A model generated the notes under the pieces. It made no database searches, was not told where the DNA came from, and was given only the letters and a program-made list of their open reading frames with translations. A stretch of 64,000 nucleotides of DNA, from assembly GCA_963662265.2 (NCBI GenBank), contig CAXXHA010000030.1, forward strand, positions 1 through 64,000, in the 5' to 3' direction. Positions within the stretch are counted from its first letter, which is position 1. Every line of letters begins with the position of its first letter. The position numbers and the translations under genes were made by a program. Source of the DNA: Spirochaetia bacterium (GTDB lineage Bacteria > Spirochaetota > Spirochaetia > CADAEX01). Below are positions 41,781-53,268 of the stretch, piece after piece.

Positions 41781-44554
41781 ATGGATAAATTATTCAAAAA
41801 AGAACTGTCAGAATATGTTTCTGACTCCAATGAACTGATTAAAGAAATACAGACAGTTATAAGCAGCAAGAAAGACTATACTCTTAAAGATCTTGATTTT
41901 ATTGAAACCAGGCTTGAAAGAGCAGCATATCAGGCATCATTTCTTTCACTGACTGAAATTTCAGATTTTCTGCATCCGGTTTCCGAATATATAAGACAGC
42001 TTAAATTTTCGGGAAATATAACGAAAAATTCCTTTGACTTTGTCAATAAAATACTCAGAAAATTCTCAGAATTTCTGGGACAAATTGAAATTCATGAAAA
42101 AGAGGGTCTTTACATAGATTCATCTGAAGTAATACTTTCATCTTATTTTAAAAATATACCAGGACAGCAGCGATATAATGAATGCCTACGAGAAAAGACA
42201 GATCAGCTGCAGCAAGATCAACAGGTTCAAGAAGCTCTCTTTCAGGAAAAGACAGTGACTTCTCATGGTCAATAAACCTTCCCGGCAGTTATATTGCTGA
42301 AAACAGGGGCAAATACTATATTTCACTTGTTTTATCTTGATGCCTACAGGCAAAAGAGCCGTGATACACTTATTGATTCCCTTAAAAACCTTGATAAGAG
42401 AAACTACACTATTATCCACGGTCCGCTTCAGGTCCCTCTTAAATCAGCAGTAGACAATGAAAAACAGTCCTTCCCTACTACCTGCTTGTTAAAACAACAA
42501 AAAAAGCAGATAAATTCCTCAGGGAAAACAATATAGACGGTAAAGTCATCAGGGTCCTTCACAAGCCTGAGGATTACACAGAACCTGAAATAAAAACAAT
42601 ACAGAAAATTGCCTCCCCGGAAATTATCGAGGAGAAACAGGAAGAACATATTGATGAATCTCTTATTCCGGAAGAAACTCCTGCTGCAGATATTGAAAAA
42701 ACAGGCTACAAGAGTGCTATCAAGAAAGGGGAAATCCGCTTTTCAATAGGATTCAAGATGATTTCCATCATCTCTCTGATTATAGTAATGACACTTTCCG
42801 GAATGATTTTTCTTGCGACCTACTTCTTTCTGCAGGACAGCCGGGTGAGAATTGAGGAAAATTAACCTCAAAGTATCAGAAGTTATTTCGATGAAAGTTG
42901 AGGAAGACCTTAATTCATTCAGCAACGCGGCATCCCTTCTTATGCTGGGAGCAAACCAGGAAGGGGAAGGTAAAGAGGATTTTGTAAGGTATTTCTTCAG
43001 AAACCAGGAAAATGTTCTCTTTACAGGTATTCCTGAAGCAGAAGTCAATTTCTACAACAAGGATATAATGCTTGAATATATTATTGATGAAAAGTTCATT
43101 GATAACATAATTAGATGAGAATTCATCGGAAATAAACCAGGCCATGCAGGGAATAACATCAGTTATCAATGTATCCCCCTATTTCGGGCGTACCCATGAT
43201 GTGTCTGTCCATACCCTACAGGCAGGGAAGATCAGTGCTGCCCATGGTCATGGATTATAGACCTGAGAACAAGCTTCATGGAGCTTATAGATACATGAGG
43301 TATAACACTTACCTACATTGTAAACGAAAAAGGGGAACTGATCGCACATCCTGAAGAGGATATGGTAATAGATGGCTCGAATCTGAGCAGTCTTGAAGTT
43401 GTTGAAGATATGTTTAACCAGCCTGTAAGCTCCGGCCAGATAAGGTATACAACAGAATCGGGGCAGACAAACCTTGGATCATACAAGAAAATACCTACAG
43501 GAAGGCTTGGAATAATTACCGAGGTAAATGAAGATATTGCTTTCGAAGCAATCTATATCATACAGAGAAGAAACATATTACCTCATGATAATGGTTCTTT
43601 CGCTTGCAGTACTTATTGTATATTTCTTTTCAAAAACACTTACTTTCCCTGTAAGAAACCTTGTTGTCGCGACAAAAATGATTGAAAACGGGCCAGTTCA
43701 ACATAGCCCTGAAGGCAAAAGCCAAGGATGAAATAGGGGTTCTTACAAACGCATTCGTAGAGATGGGTAGAGGACTCGAAGAAAAGGAAAGAATGAAAGA
43801 TGCATTCGGCCGTTTCGTAAACCAGGAAATAGCAGAAATGGCAATGAAAAATGAAATACAGCTGGGCGGTGAAATAAAACAGGCAACTATATTCTTTTCA
43901 GATATCAGATCTTTTACAGCTATATCTGAAAAACTCACACCGTCTGAAGTAGTTGAGTTTCTGAATGAATACATGACTCTTATGGTTGATTGTGTAAACA
44001 AGAACCACGGTTTTGTAGATAAATACATAGGGGATGCTATCATGGCGGTATGGGGTACTCCGATATCCCACGGAAATGACACGGAAAACGCTATTAACGG
44101 TGCTCTTCAGATGCGGACAGCTCTGATGCGGTTCAATCTTGACAGGGGAAGCGACAAGAAACCTATAATAAGGATTAGCTGCGGTCTCAATACAGGGGAT
44201 GTTCTTGCAGGCCAGATCGGTTCCAACGAGAGGATGGAATATACAGTAATCGGAGATGCTGTAAACCTTGCATCACGTATTGAGGCTCTTAACAAGCCGA
44301 TGGGGACAGACCTTCTCATATCACAGAACACCGCTGATCTTGTTGAAGGGATTTATGACCTCGTCCCGATGAACAAGATCAAAGTAAAGGGAAAATCAGA
44401 ACCACAGCAGATTTATGCTGTTCTTGGAAGGCTTGATGATGAAAACAGGCCGAGGAGCCTTAAAGACCTCAGGCAGAAAGTTGGTATAATCGGCGACTTT
44501 GATAATATAGCAGATGTTGAAGAGAAAGAAGTAAAATATGAGATCATTGATTAA
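41781..44554 (+). pseudogene. Class III adenylate/guanylate cyclase (TM-Cache-HAMP-cyclase) preceded by an Hpt-like region; multiple frameshifts; may be one or two genes
   Basis: Fragments 41781-42275, 42294-42536, 42852-43118, 43362-43685, 43528-43731, 43682-44554; [33 protein letters not shown]. Confidence 0.75.
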
Positions 44555-47281
44555 GGATTTTCTTGCAGTAATAATCTCGGGAATTGTCTTTGTAACTGCA
44601 GGCTGGTTCTTCTATACAGATATAAACTCAACCCTTCAGAACACAGGCGGCGAGGAAATCGGGCTTATAATGTTCAAGAAAAACACTGCCCAGAGGAAAT
44701 ATTCAGGACGGGCTGTCTGGGAAAAACATAGAAACTGCGGCTCCTGTTTACAGTAACGATACGCTCCGGACCAGTACAGATTCAGAAGCTGTAGTTCTAA
44801 TGAATGACGGTACAGAAATAGTGTTGCAGGACAACTCTCTTATTGTTCTTGAATGGAGCGACAGGAGAAAAACATTGAATTCCTCGGCGGTAATATTTCC
44901 GCAAAAAATAAAAGCGAAGATATTGCAGGTGTAAAAATCAAGTCGGCTGATACTGTAATCTCTCTTGATGATGCAAGTATAAATCTTCAGGGGACTGAAG
45001 GAAATCTGGACCTGTCAGTTGTTGAGGGGAATATAGGCCTCTCCAAAGGTGATAAAATCCAGGAAGTAAAGGCAAACCAGAAAGCACTGCTTTCAGAGGG
45101 ATCTGATGATTTCTTGATTAATGAGATCACAATACGTCCCGATATCCCTGAAGATAATATGTATTTCCTCACGTTCGACAATAAGAAAGCTGTTAATTTC
45201 AGATGGAATTTTCTTAATCCGATTCCGGATCCTTCACTAAAAAATTGCAAAAGATATGGATTTCAAAAAAATTATATCTGATGAAATGTAGCTGATATCT
45301 ATTCCATCAGCAGGGAGCTTCAGGAAGGGACCTATTACTGGCAGATTTATTCATCTTCAGATCCCTCTCTGAAAGGTCCTATAAGGAGATTTGTTGTTAT
45401 AAACGACAGATATCCCGAAATGCTCACCCCGACAGAAGGTGTTGAAATCAAATACAGAAAAGAACTTCCAAAGCTCCGCTTCCTCTGGGAACAGGGAATA
45501 TTTCCGGAACATTACCTGCTTGAAGTTTCTCTTGACCCCAATTTTCACAGATAACGTTATATCTGAAAAAGTAAAGGGGAATTTCCACTTTCTTAACACC
45601 CTCTCAAGCGGAAAATATTTCTGGAGACTGACTCCGTTTTATTCACTTGGAAACATCGGTTATATTAAAAACAATAAATACCAGCCTTTTGAAATCATAC
45701 AAACAACTGCGCTCGAACCTGTTCAGCTTGTTTTCCCTCCCAATAATACTGAAATATCAACTATTGAAAGCAGCAAGGGATAAAATTCAAATGGAAAGAG
45801 GAAGCTGAGATAAAGTCATACCATTTCTATCTTTCGGAAGATACTGATTTTACAAGCACTATCTATAATGAACCGCTTAATGCGAATTCCTTTTCTGTTG
45901 AAGACAGGATTGAACCGGGAATATATTACTGGAAAGTCGGAGGAGTTACAAATGACAATGAAATACTGCCCCACTCCTCATACAGGACACTGTCAATTAA
46001 AGAATCAACCGGGGAAATAGAGCTGATAAACCCGGAAAACAAGGATCACTTTGAAATAGAAATGTTCGGCAACAGGACATTCACATGGGACAGTACTGTA
46101 GGTGAAAAAATACCGTTTTTTCACTCTTCAAGGATACTCCTGATTCATCCCCGATTATAGAGGATTATGTTTCTGGGAAATCAAGAAAGACAATGATACC
46201 GGCATCAGGTGAATATTTCTGGCAGGTATCTGTTGTTGATGAATACAATAATCCTGTTATTGACAGTAAAATATATTCTTTCAACACACGGACTCCAATT
46301 CCGTCACCTGTTATGATCTCCCCATCCCGGATGAAAGTGTATCAATTATAGGAGATGATACTCTTGACTTCAGCTGGGAGAAAACATATTCAGCTGATTA
46401 TTATTCTATTGAAATAACAAGAGAAAGTGACAGAAAACAGATCACAAGAATTGAAAATATTGAGAAAACAGAATTTTCTTTCGAAGATACAGAAATACTT
46501 ACAGAAGGGAAATACTCGGCAAGGCTTAAAGCGTATAAGAAAGCTGATCTAGGATGGAATGAATCTGCAAGCGAGGAAACAGTTGTACCTTTCAGAATAG
46601 GTGAACTTGTAATATATGATCCTCCTGTTCTCCTGTCACCGAGGAACAACTCTGTATCCGGCCTTGAAGATATATTAAACGGTAATTTTATTTTCAAATG
46701 GAACCACTCTCCCCTTCTACCTGAATATGAAATCACGATTTCAGAATCAATTGATTTCGACAGAAATCTTTCCGTTTTCGATGCGGAAGGGCTGCAATTC
46801 AGGCCTTCAACAATAAAACCTGGAAAAATACTACTGGAAAGTTAAGGGACTTGACAGCAAGAAATATTCAACACCAGAGTCCGGAATATACAGTTTCTTC
46901 ATTGATAATATAAAACCTCTTCTCAATCCTGTTATAACATCACCATACAAGAATGAAACAGTAAACATGGATAACAGGGATTCACTGAATATTAAATGGA
47001 ATGAATCACCTGAGGCTGACTATTATATTGTTAAACTCTATTCAAGTGATTCATCATCACCTATATTTTCAGATGAAAAATATAAAGGGACTGAACTTGA
47101 TTTCAATGAACTTGAAAAACTGGATACAGGTAAATTTTCCGTATCTGTACAGGCAATAAAAGAGCTGCCTGAAAATAAAAAGAGACAGAGCATAGAGGTA
47201 AGGCAGAGTTTCACAATAACTCTTACTGAGCCGACACAGGAAATTGAAATAATAACTGTTGATGAGCAGTTTATTTTCTGA
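44538..47281 (+). pseudogene. Large FecR-domain protein with repeated Ig/Fn3-like modules, multiple frameshifts
   Basis: TM + AQRKYSGRAVW, DTLRT FecR-type N-terminus; repeated G.YYW.V segments across frames; ends VDEQFIF. Confidence 0.7.
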
Positions 47282-47325
47282 GAAAAAATCAAATAATTAC
47301 AAAGTTATTAAACCTTCAGTAATTT

Positions 47326-47372
47326 TGATATACCCCCCTTTTGTTGGACAAAAATCCAAAATAAGGGGGTTT
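47326..47372 (+). terminator. Hairpin resembling an isolated IS3-family left end
   Basis: TGATATACCCCCCTTTTGTTGGACA...TCCAAAATAAGGGGGT-TTT. Confidence 0.5.
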
Positions 47373-47514
47373 TATTTTCTATAAACCTTTCATAATACCT
47401 TTTGGATGCAACTTATTGTTGATTTTCATTTTTCTATAAAACAAACGCCAGAATAATTACTTGCCTGATTGACTTATTATCTCAATTGCTGTTATTTTTT
47501 CTGCGGTAAAATAA

Positions 47515-49122
47515 TTGATTACAGCAGCATTTATCTCGGTTCATATAAAAAAATCTCCCCTTGCGTTTCCCCTGTCATCAGCTCTGCTTGCAGCATCTGT
47601 TGATGGAGATCCCCTTCTCTGTAAAAATATAAAAACAGCAGTAACTGATTTTTTCCTGGATGATGATATTTCACTTTCTGCAGAAAAAATTATAAGCATG
47701 AATACCGATATAGCAGCATTTTCTGTCTATATATGGAACAGGGATTATATTCTTTCCCTCATAAAAAAGCTGAAACAGATCAGGCCTGATATCTCTGTAA
47801 TAGCAGGGGGAGCAGAAGTAACAGCTGATCCCGTTTTTTTCAGAAACCACCCGGATATTGACTGGATAGTCAATGGTGAGGGGGAAGAAGCTGTTACAGA
47901 ATACTTCAGGACTGTTGTTAAAAATCTTTCAGAATCAGAAGAGCAAAATATATCAGTCTCCCCCTGCACACTGCCTTATTCGAAACCAGAAACAGAAAGA
48001 ATATCTGTTTCAGATCCGGCAATATACCCCTCCCCTATTCTTGTACATAAAATCTGTCTTGAAAACTATGACGGTATTCTCTGGGAGCTTTCAAGGGGAT
48101 GCCCTTTTAAATGCGGTTTCTGTTTTGAATCCAGGGGAAGTGAAAGGGTGAGAAAATTCCCCATTGAAAGAATAACTAAAGAACTGGATGTAATAAAGAA
48201 ATCAGGTATTGACCAGGTCTTTGTCCTTGATCCCACATTCAACATTGACAGAAAAAGGGCAAAGGAAATACTCACACTCATAAAAAACAAAGCGCCTGAT
48301 ATTCATTTTACTTTTGAAGCAAGAAGTGAATACCTGGATATTGAAACAGCAGAACTTTTTTCAGAAATAACATGTTCTGTTCAGATAGGTCTCCAGAGTT
48401 CTTCGGAAGATGTTCTTAAAAATGTCAACAGGAAACTGGACCAGGATGATTTTTACAGCAAGGTACTGATGCTCCATGAAGCAGGAGCAGTCTACGGATT
48501 TGATATAATTTACGGACTTCCCGGCGACACGCCTGAAAAATTCCTTGATACTGTTGATTTTGCTCTGTCAATGGCTCCTAATCACATAGATATCTTTCCT
48601 CTTGCAGTACTTAAAGGAACAGATATTTATGACAAAGCTGATTCATTCGGCCTGGTCTACAGAAAATCAGATCCCTACACAATAATAGAAACACCAGGTT
48701 TTACAGCGGAAGAAATAATATCGGCATCAGAAACTGCAGAAAGTATCAACCTTTTCTACAACAGGGGTAAAGCAGTTTCATTTCTCCCGCTGCTGCTTGA
48801 AAATACCAACCTCTCCCCTTCAGACTTCTTTACCAGTTTTTCAGTATGGCTTCTGCAAAACAAACAATTTTCTGATTTCGATACAGTATCAGAGACTGAA
48901 ATAACAAAACTTCAGACAGTTTTTGTCAAACAGCTTTTCAAAGATATGGATATGGAAGAATGCGGTATACTGGCATCTGATATTATTTTTTCAATGAAAG
49001 AGGAATACCGGGAATTCAATGAAAATCTATTGTCAGGCTTATTCAATATGGATAAGGTTTTTGAATACCTTGATTCAGGTGTTACCGATATTGAAGAACT
49101 TGTGTTTTTCACCAGAACCTGA
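47515..49122 (+). CDS. B12-binding domain radical SAM protein
   Basis: FSVYIWN, GGAEV, GEGE, ELSRGCPFKCGFC. Confidence 0.9.
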   Translation: MITAAFISVHIKKSPLAFPLSSALLAASVDGDPLLCKNIKTAVTDFFLDDDISLSAEKIISMNTDIAAFSVYIWNRDYILSLIKKLKQIRPDISVIAGGAEVTADPVFFRNHPDIDWIVNGEGEEAVTEYFRTVVKNLSESEEQNISVSPCTLPYSKPETERISVSDPAIYPSPILVHKICLENYDGILWELSRGCPFKCGFCFESRGSERVRKFPIERITKELDVIKKSGIDQVFVLDPTFNIDRKRAKEILTLIKNKAPDIHFTFEARSEYLDIETAELFSEITCSVQIGLQSSSEDVLKNVNRKLDQDDFYSKVLMLHEAGAVYGFDIIYGLPGDTPEKFLDTVDFALSMAPNHIDIFPLAVLKGTDIYDKADSFGLVYRKSDPYTIIETPGFTAEEIISASETAESINLFYNRGKAVSFLPLLLENTNLSPSDFFTSFSVWLLQNKQFSDFDTVSETEITKLQTVFVKQLFKDMDMEECGILASDIIFSMKEEYREFNENLLSGLFNMDKVFEYLDSGVTDIEELVFFTRT

Positions 49123-49339
49123 TTTTCAACCTTAAAGTCTTTTCCCAAAAAGCAGTCAGGTTTTATTTTTAATATTTTCATCAGCTTTTTTTATCTCTTT
49201 ACCCTCCGTAAACTGCTTTTTAGAATATTTTAAAGCTTTTTTTACTGAATAAGTTTAAACATCAGTTATTTTTATCAAGACAGCTTATGTTCAAATATGA
49301 TATAAATATAGTTACCAAAAATTATAAATGAGGTATGCA

Positions 49340-50119
49340 ATGAAAAAAAGAATCTTAATTACAGTCATTCTAATTGCTTTATGTACACTGGGTGTTTCTG
49401 CACAGTCTTTGAAAGGGATGTCATTAAACGGCTCTACCGGACTTATCAGTATACCTTCAGCAAGAATCGGCTGGGAAAAATCAGCAGATGTGGGAATTGA
49501 TATCGGCTACCATGCGATAATGGATGACCCTGACAATACAAGTATCCCGAAAGCATCTGTCAGCCTTTTTAAAATTACTGAAATTGCATTTGCTTATGAT
49601 ACACAGCAGGATTCAGACAATTCAGATATGCTTATTAATGCCAAGGTTAAACTTCCTATAAAAAGTTCTTCAGCTGTGGCAATCGGAATGAACTATCAGG
49701 CTCTCAAGATTGCTGCTCAGGAGGAATCTGTAAACCAGGTATATCTTGCAACAACATATCCCGGAGATTTCTTTAAGATGCCTGCAGAAACAACTGTTAC
49801 TATAGGTAAAACATTCGGAGATATAGCTCCTGATGATAATATTGACTTCGGTATGGGTTTTGACCTCCTGCTCTTCCCTTCAACTTTCAAGGGACTGATT
49901 CACTGGATCAACGACTTTGCTAACTTTTCATACAGTTTCAACGCAATGGGATCCAATGCAGGATACAGAGGCAGTTTCAACACAGGTATAAGAGTTGATC
50001 TTTCAACAATTCCGGCACTTGCTGAGTATAAATGTGTTATCGATGCCTTTATAACAGATACTCTTGATGAAAACAGGGCTTTTGCAATCGGAGGAAGCTT
50101 CGGACTCCCTGTTAAATAG
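49340..50119 (+). CDS. Exported/outer-membrane protein (YjbH-like N-terminal motif)
   Basis: Signal peptide; GSTGLISIPSA. Confidence 0.65.
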   Translation: MKKRILITVILIALCTLGVSAQSLKGMSLNGSTGLISIPSARIGWEKSADVGIDIGYHAIMDDPDNTSIPKASVSLFKITEIAFAYDTQQDSDNSDMLINAKVKLPIKSSSAVAIGMNYQALKIAAQEESVNQVYLATTYPGDFFKMPAETTVTIGKTFGDIAPDDNIDFGMGFDLLLFPSTFKGLIHWINDFANFSYSFNAMGSNAGYRGSFNTGIRVDLSTIPALAEYKCVIDAFITDTLDENRAFAIGGSFGLPVK

Positions 50120-50179
50120 AAACTATAAAGTATTTTTATCTTTTAATCTGAATATTTTTAAACAAATAATATTTTGCAA

Positions 50180-50213
50180 AAAAAATACCCCTTGAATTTT
50201 AAGGGGTATTTTT
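50180..50213. terminator. Bidirectional terminator
   Basis: AAAAAATACCCCTT...AAGGGGTATTTTT between convergent genes. Confidence 0.8.
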
Positions 50214-50238
50214 ATTTCGAAATTAAAATTATCTTTAT

Positions 50239-51585
50239 TTAATGTGTGGGCCCGATCATCTTTTCAGGCAGCCATGTGATAATTTCAGGGAATACCATGC
50301 AGAGTATAAGGGTAAACATGATTATCAGGATAAACGGTATTACCCCTTTTATTATATCTGTCATTGTAAGTCCCAGAGAAGGATCGGCTGTTCCTTTCAG
50401 AACAAATATTGACATTGCCATAGGCGGTGTCTGGAAAGCCATCTGAAGATTTATACAGATCATCATGCCGGCCCATAAGGGATTGAATCCCAGCTTGACA
50501 AAAATCGGAGAAAAAATCGGTACAATAATAAAGACTATACCGATCCACTCGATAAACATTCCAAGCAGGAATACAATAAGCATAATTACAGTAAAAGATG
50601 CCCAACGTCCACCGGGAACAGAAAGAATAAGCTTTGTTACAATATCACCGCATCCGGCACTCATGAAAACACCTACAAAAGCGTAACAGAGAGCCGCAAT
50701 AATTACTACAAATGAACTAACCTTCAATGTTTCAATAGAAGCATGCTTTATAAGTTTCCAGCTAAATTTCCTGTAAGCTATGGCAAGAGCTATTGCAGCA
50801 AGGGAACCTACAGCTGCTGCTTCGGTAGGAGGAGCAACACCTGAAAAGATAGTACCAAGAACTGCTATTATAAGTAGTACAGGAGGTACCATTGACTTGA
50901 GAAGATGAATAGCCTTTTTTGCATTAAAAGGAGTTATATCTTCGGCAGCCATTGCAGGTCCCAGTTCAGGATTGAATTTACACCTCAATACTATGTATAT
51001 GATATAAAGAGCAGAAAGTGTAAGTCCCGGGAAAACAGCACCCATAAACATCTGTCCTATTGAAAGACCTGCCTGCGGTGCATATACAACAAGCATGATA
51101 CTTGGCGGAATAAGAATTCCGAGAGTACCGGATGCTACTATGGATCCTGCTGCAAGAGGTTTGTTGTATCCCCTCTTTATCATCGGTTCAAGAGCTATAA
51201 GTGTCAGGATTGTTACAGAAGCTGCAATTACTCCCAGGCATGCCGCGAGTATTGTACCAAAGACTACTGTAACAACAGCAAGACCGCCCCGGAGGCTTCC
51301 GAGTGCTTCATACAGACTGTCATAAAGATCCCTCGTGATACCGGAATGCTGCAGTATTACACCCATGAATGTGAAAAGAGGTACTGCCAGGTACGGGTAG
51401 TTAAGAGAAAGCCCGTAAAACCTGCTGTACATTATGTGGTAAGCAACATCAGGTCCGAATACAAGCACCCCGACAACAAAAGCTACACTTCCTATAACAA
51501 AAGCAATGGGGAAACCGGTAAGTACAAGTCCGAATACTCCGCCGAGCATCAGAAATGTAATCAGTTCAGAACTCATTTCAATCAA
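50239..51585 (-). CDS. dctM: TRAP transporter large permease
   Basis: GTLGILIPPSI, PTEAAAVG, FQTPPM. Confidence 0.93.
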   Translation of the reverse strand: MIEMSSELITFLMLGGVFGLVLTGFPIAFVIGSVAFVVGVLVFGPDVAYHIMYSRFYGLSLNYPYLAVPLFTFMGVILQHSGITRDLYDSLYEALGSLRGGLAVVTVVFGTILAACLGVIAASVTILTLIALEPMIKRGYNKPLAAGSIVASGTLGILIPPSIMLVVYAPQAGLSIGQMFMGAVFPGLTLSALYIIYIVLRCKFNPELGPAMAAEDITPFNAKKAIHLLKSMVPPVLLIIAVLGTIFSGVAPPTEAAAVGSLAAIALAIAYRKFSWKLIKHASIETLKVSSFVVIIAALCYAFVGVFMSAGCGDIVTKLILSVPGGRWASFTVIMLIVFLLGMFIEWIGIVFIIVPIFSPIFVKLGFNPLWAGMMICINLQMAFQTPPMAMSIFVLKGTADPSLGLTMTDIIKGVIPFILIIMFTLILCMVFPEIITWLPEKMIGPTH

Positions 51586-52096
51586 TTTCTTCCCCCTTTA
51601 TAAGATAAAAAACATCCCTTACAAATCTTGCTAACCCCTGAAAAATCAGAAGAAGAAGACCGACTGCAAAAACTGTTCTGTACGGGGCAGCAGGCGGATA
51701 CCAGAAACTGGTAAACATTACTTCGTTTATTTTCCATGCCTTTACTGCCCATTTAGTCGCAAGTATGAGCATAACTGTCATAAGAGGGAAAAACAGAACA
51801 AGAGAACAGACTATATCCATTATTGCCTTTGTCTTTCTGGAAAAAGAGCCGTAAAAAATATCAACCCTTGTGTGCGAATCTTTGAGATATACATAGGAGG
51901 CACCAAGCATATAGGTAACTCCGCCGCACATACAAAGAACATCATAGGCCCATATTGTTGGTGCATTAAAAAAGTGCCGGGCTATCGCATCATATGAACC
52001 TACAAGCACAAGGAGAAAAGCAAACCATTTCCCCACAGAACCTGCAGTCATACTCAATGAATCTATCGTTTTAAGTATTTTTTTCAAAATGACCAT
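51578..52096 (-). CDS. dctQ: TRAP transporter small permease
   Basis: FNAPTIWAYD, HTRVDIFY, 4 TM. Confidence 0.92.
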   Translation of the reverse strand: MVILKKILKTIDSLSMTAGSVGKWFAFLLVLVGSYDAIARHFFNAPTIWAYDVLCMCGGVTYMLGASYVYLKDSHTRVDIFYGSFSRKTKAIMDIVCSLVLFFPLMTVMLILATKWAVKAWKINEVMFTSFWYPPAAPYRTVFAVGLLLLIFQGLARFVRDVFYLIKGEEID

Positions 52097-52122
52097 ACTT
52101 TATCTCCCTGTCATTCTATTGA

Positions 52123-53199
52123 TTAATTTGAGGATGAGTATGCTTCACCGTAATCTTTCATTGAAGTATAGATTTCACCGAAAATTGGAGATTCTTTAGC
52201 AGCTTTTTCCTTGTAGAATTTCGCAGCTTCCGCATTAAGAGCATCTTCAATATCTTTTGGAACTTTATGTACTTCAACACCGGCTTTCTTGAATTCTTCA
52301 ATTGCTTTTACAGACTCGTATACAAGATATTCATGCTGTGCCTGTGACCATTTGTCAATTTCTGTTTTAACAATTTCCTGAAGATCAGCAGGAAGTTTGT
52401 TGAAAGCTGACTTGCTTACAAAGAACACCTGGGGATCACTTGGCGCTCTTGCAGGTGAAAGGTACATATATGGAGCAACTTCATTGAAATGCATCTTCCA
52501 GTTTGTAGCTATTGTTGAATATTCAAAAGCATCGATTGTTCCTCTCTGCATTGCTTCGTAACATTCACCGCCGGGAATAATTACAGTTGCAGCACCCATT
52601 CTTTTCAGGATTTCTCCGCCGTCACCCATACATCTTGCTTTAAGACCTTTAAGATCTTTAAGGCTGTCAAGTTTTACTTTTGAATGAAAGAAAACTTCAG
52701 CAGGAAGAGGTGAAAGAGCACCTGGAAAAGTCATTGTGTCATAGTCACCCATCATCTTGTTCATCAGGTCAGCTCCGCCGCCGTAGTTGAACCATGTTCT
52801 CAGCGCTTCGCCGGGAAGTCCGCCAGGTCTTGAACTGATAAGACCAGCTGCCGGCCATTTATCAAGGTTATACATCGGGCATGTATAGCACATCTGAAGA
52901 ACACCTTCATTAACAGCATCAAGTTCCTTGTAAGCAGGAACAACTGAACCGCCTACAAAAGGCTTAACTTCGAGTCTTCCGCCTGAAGCCAGAGTAATAG
53001 CTTCACAGCATTTGTCATGATAAATCTGTGATGGGTCTGTTGCAGGACCATGTCCTGAAGATTTCCAGACAATTTTTTCTACTTTAGCAGCAGCTTCCCC
53101 GCTGTCAGCGCTTTCGCTTTTCTGACATGACATAAAACCTGTCATTAAAACAGCAACTGCAAGCAGTAAAACAATTTTTTTCTGAGTAAACATTTTCAA
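52123..53199 (-). CDS. dctP: TRAP substrate-binding lipoprotein (TakP-like)
   Basis: Lipobox FMSC; SGGRL, LKGLKAR, GTIDAFEY. Confidence 0.9.
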   Translation of the reverse strand: MKMFTQKKIVLLLAVAVLMTGFMSCQKSESADSGEAAAKVEKIVWKSSGHGPATDPSQIYHDKCCEAITLASGGRLEVKPFVGGSVVPAYKELDAVNEGVLQMCYTCPMYNLDKWPAAGLISSRPGGLPGEALRTWFNYGGGADLMNKMMGDYDTMTFPGALSPLPAEVFFHSKVKLDSLKDLKGLKARCMGDGGEILKRMGAATVIIPGGECYEAMQRGTIDAFEYSTIATNWKMHFNEVAPYMYLSPARAPSDPQVFFVSKSAFNKLPADLQEIVKTEIDKWSQAQHEYLVYESVKAIEEFKKAGVEVHKVPKDIEDALNAEAAKFYKEKAAKESPIFGEIYTSMKDYGEAYSSSN

Positions 53200-53268
53200 A
53201 ACCTCCTTGATTATTTCAATGTTTCTCCGGAAACAGAAACTATATCTGTTTCCATGAATATCAAAAAA

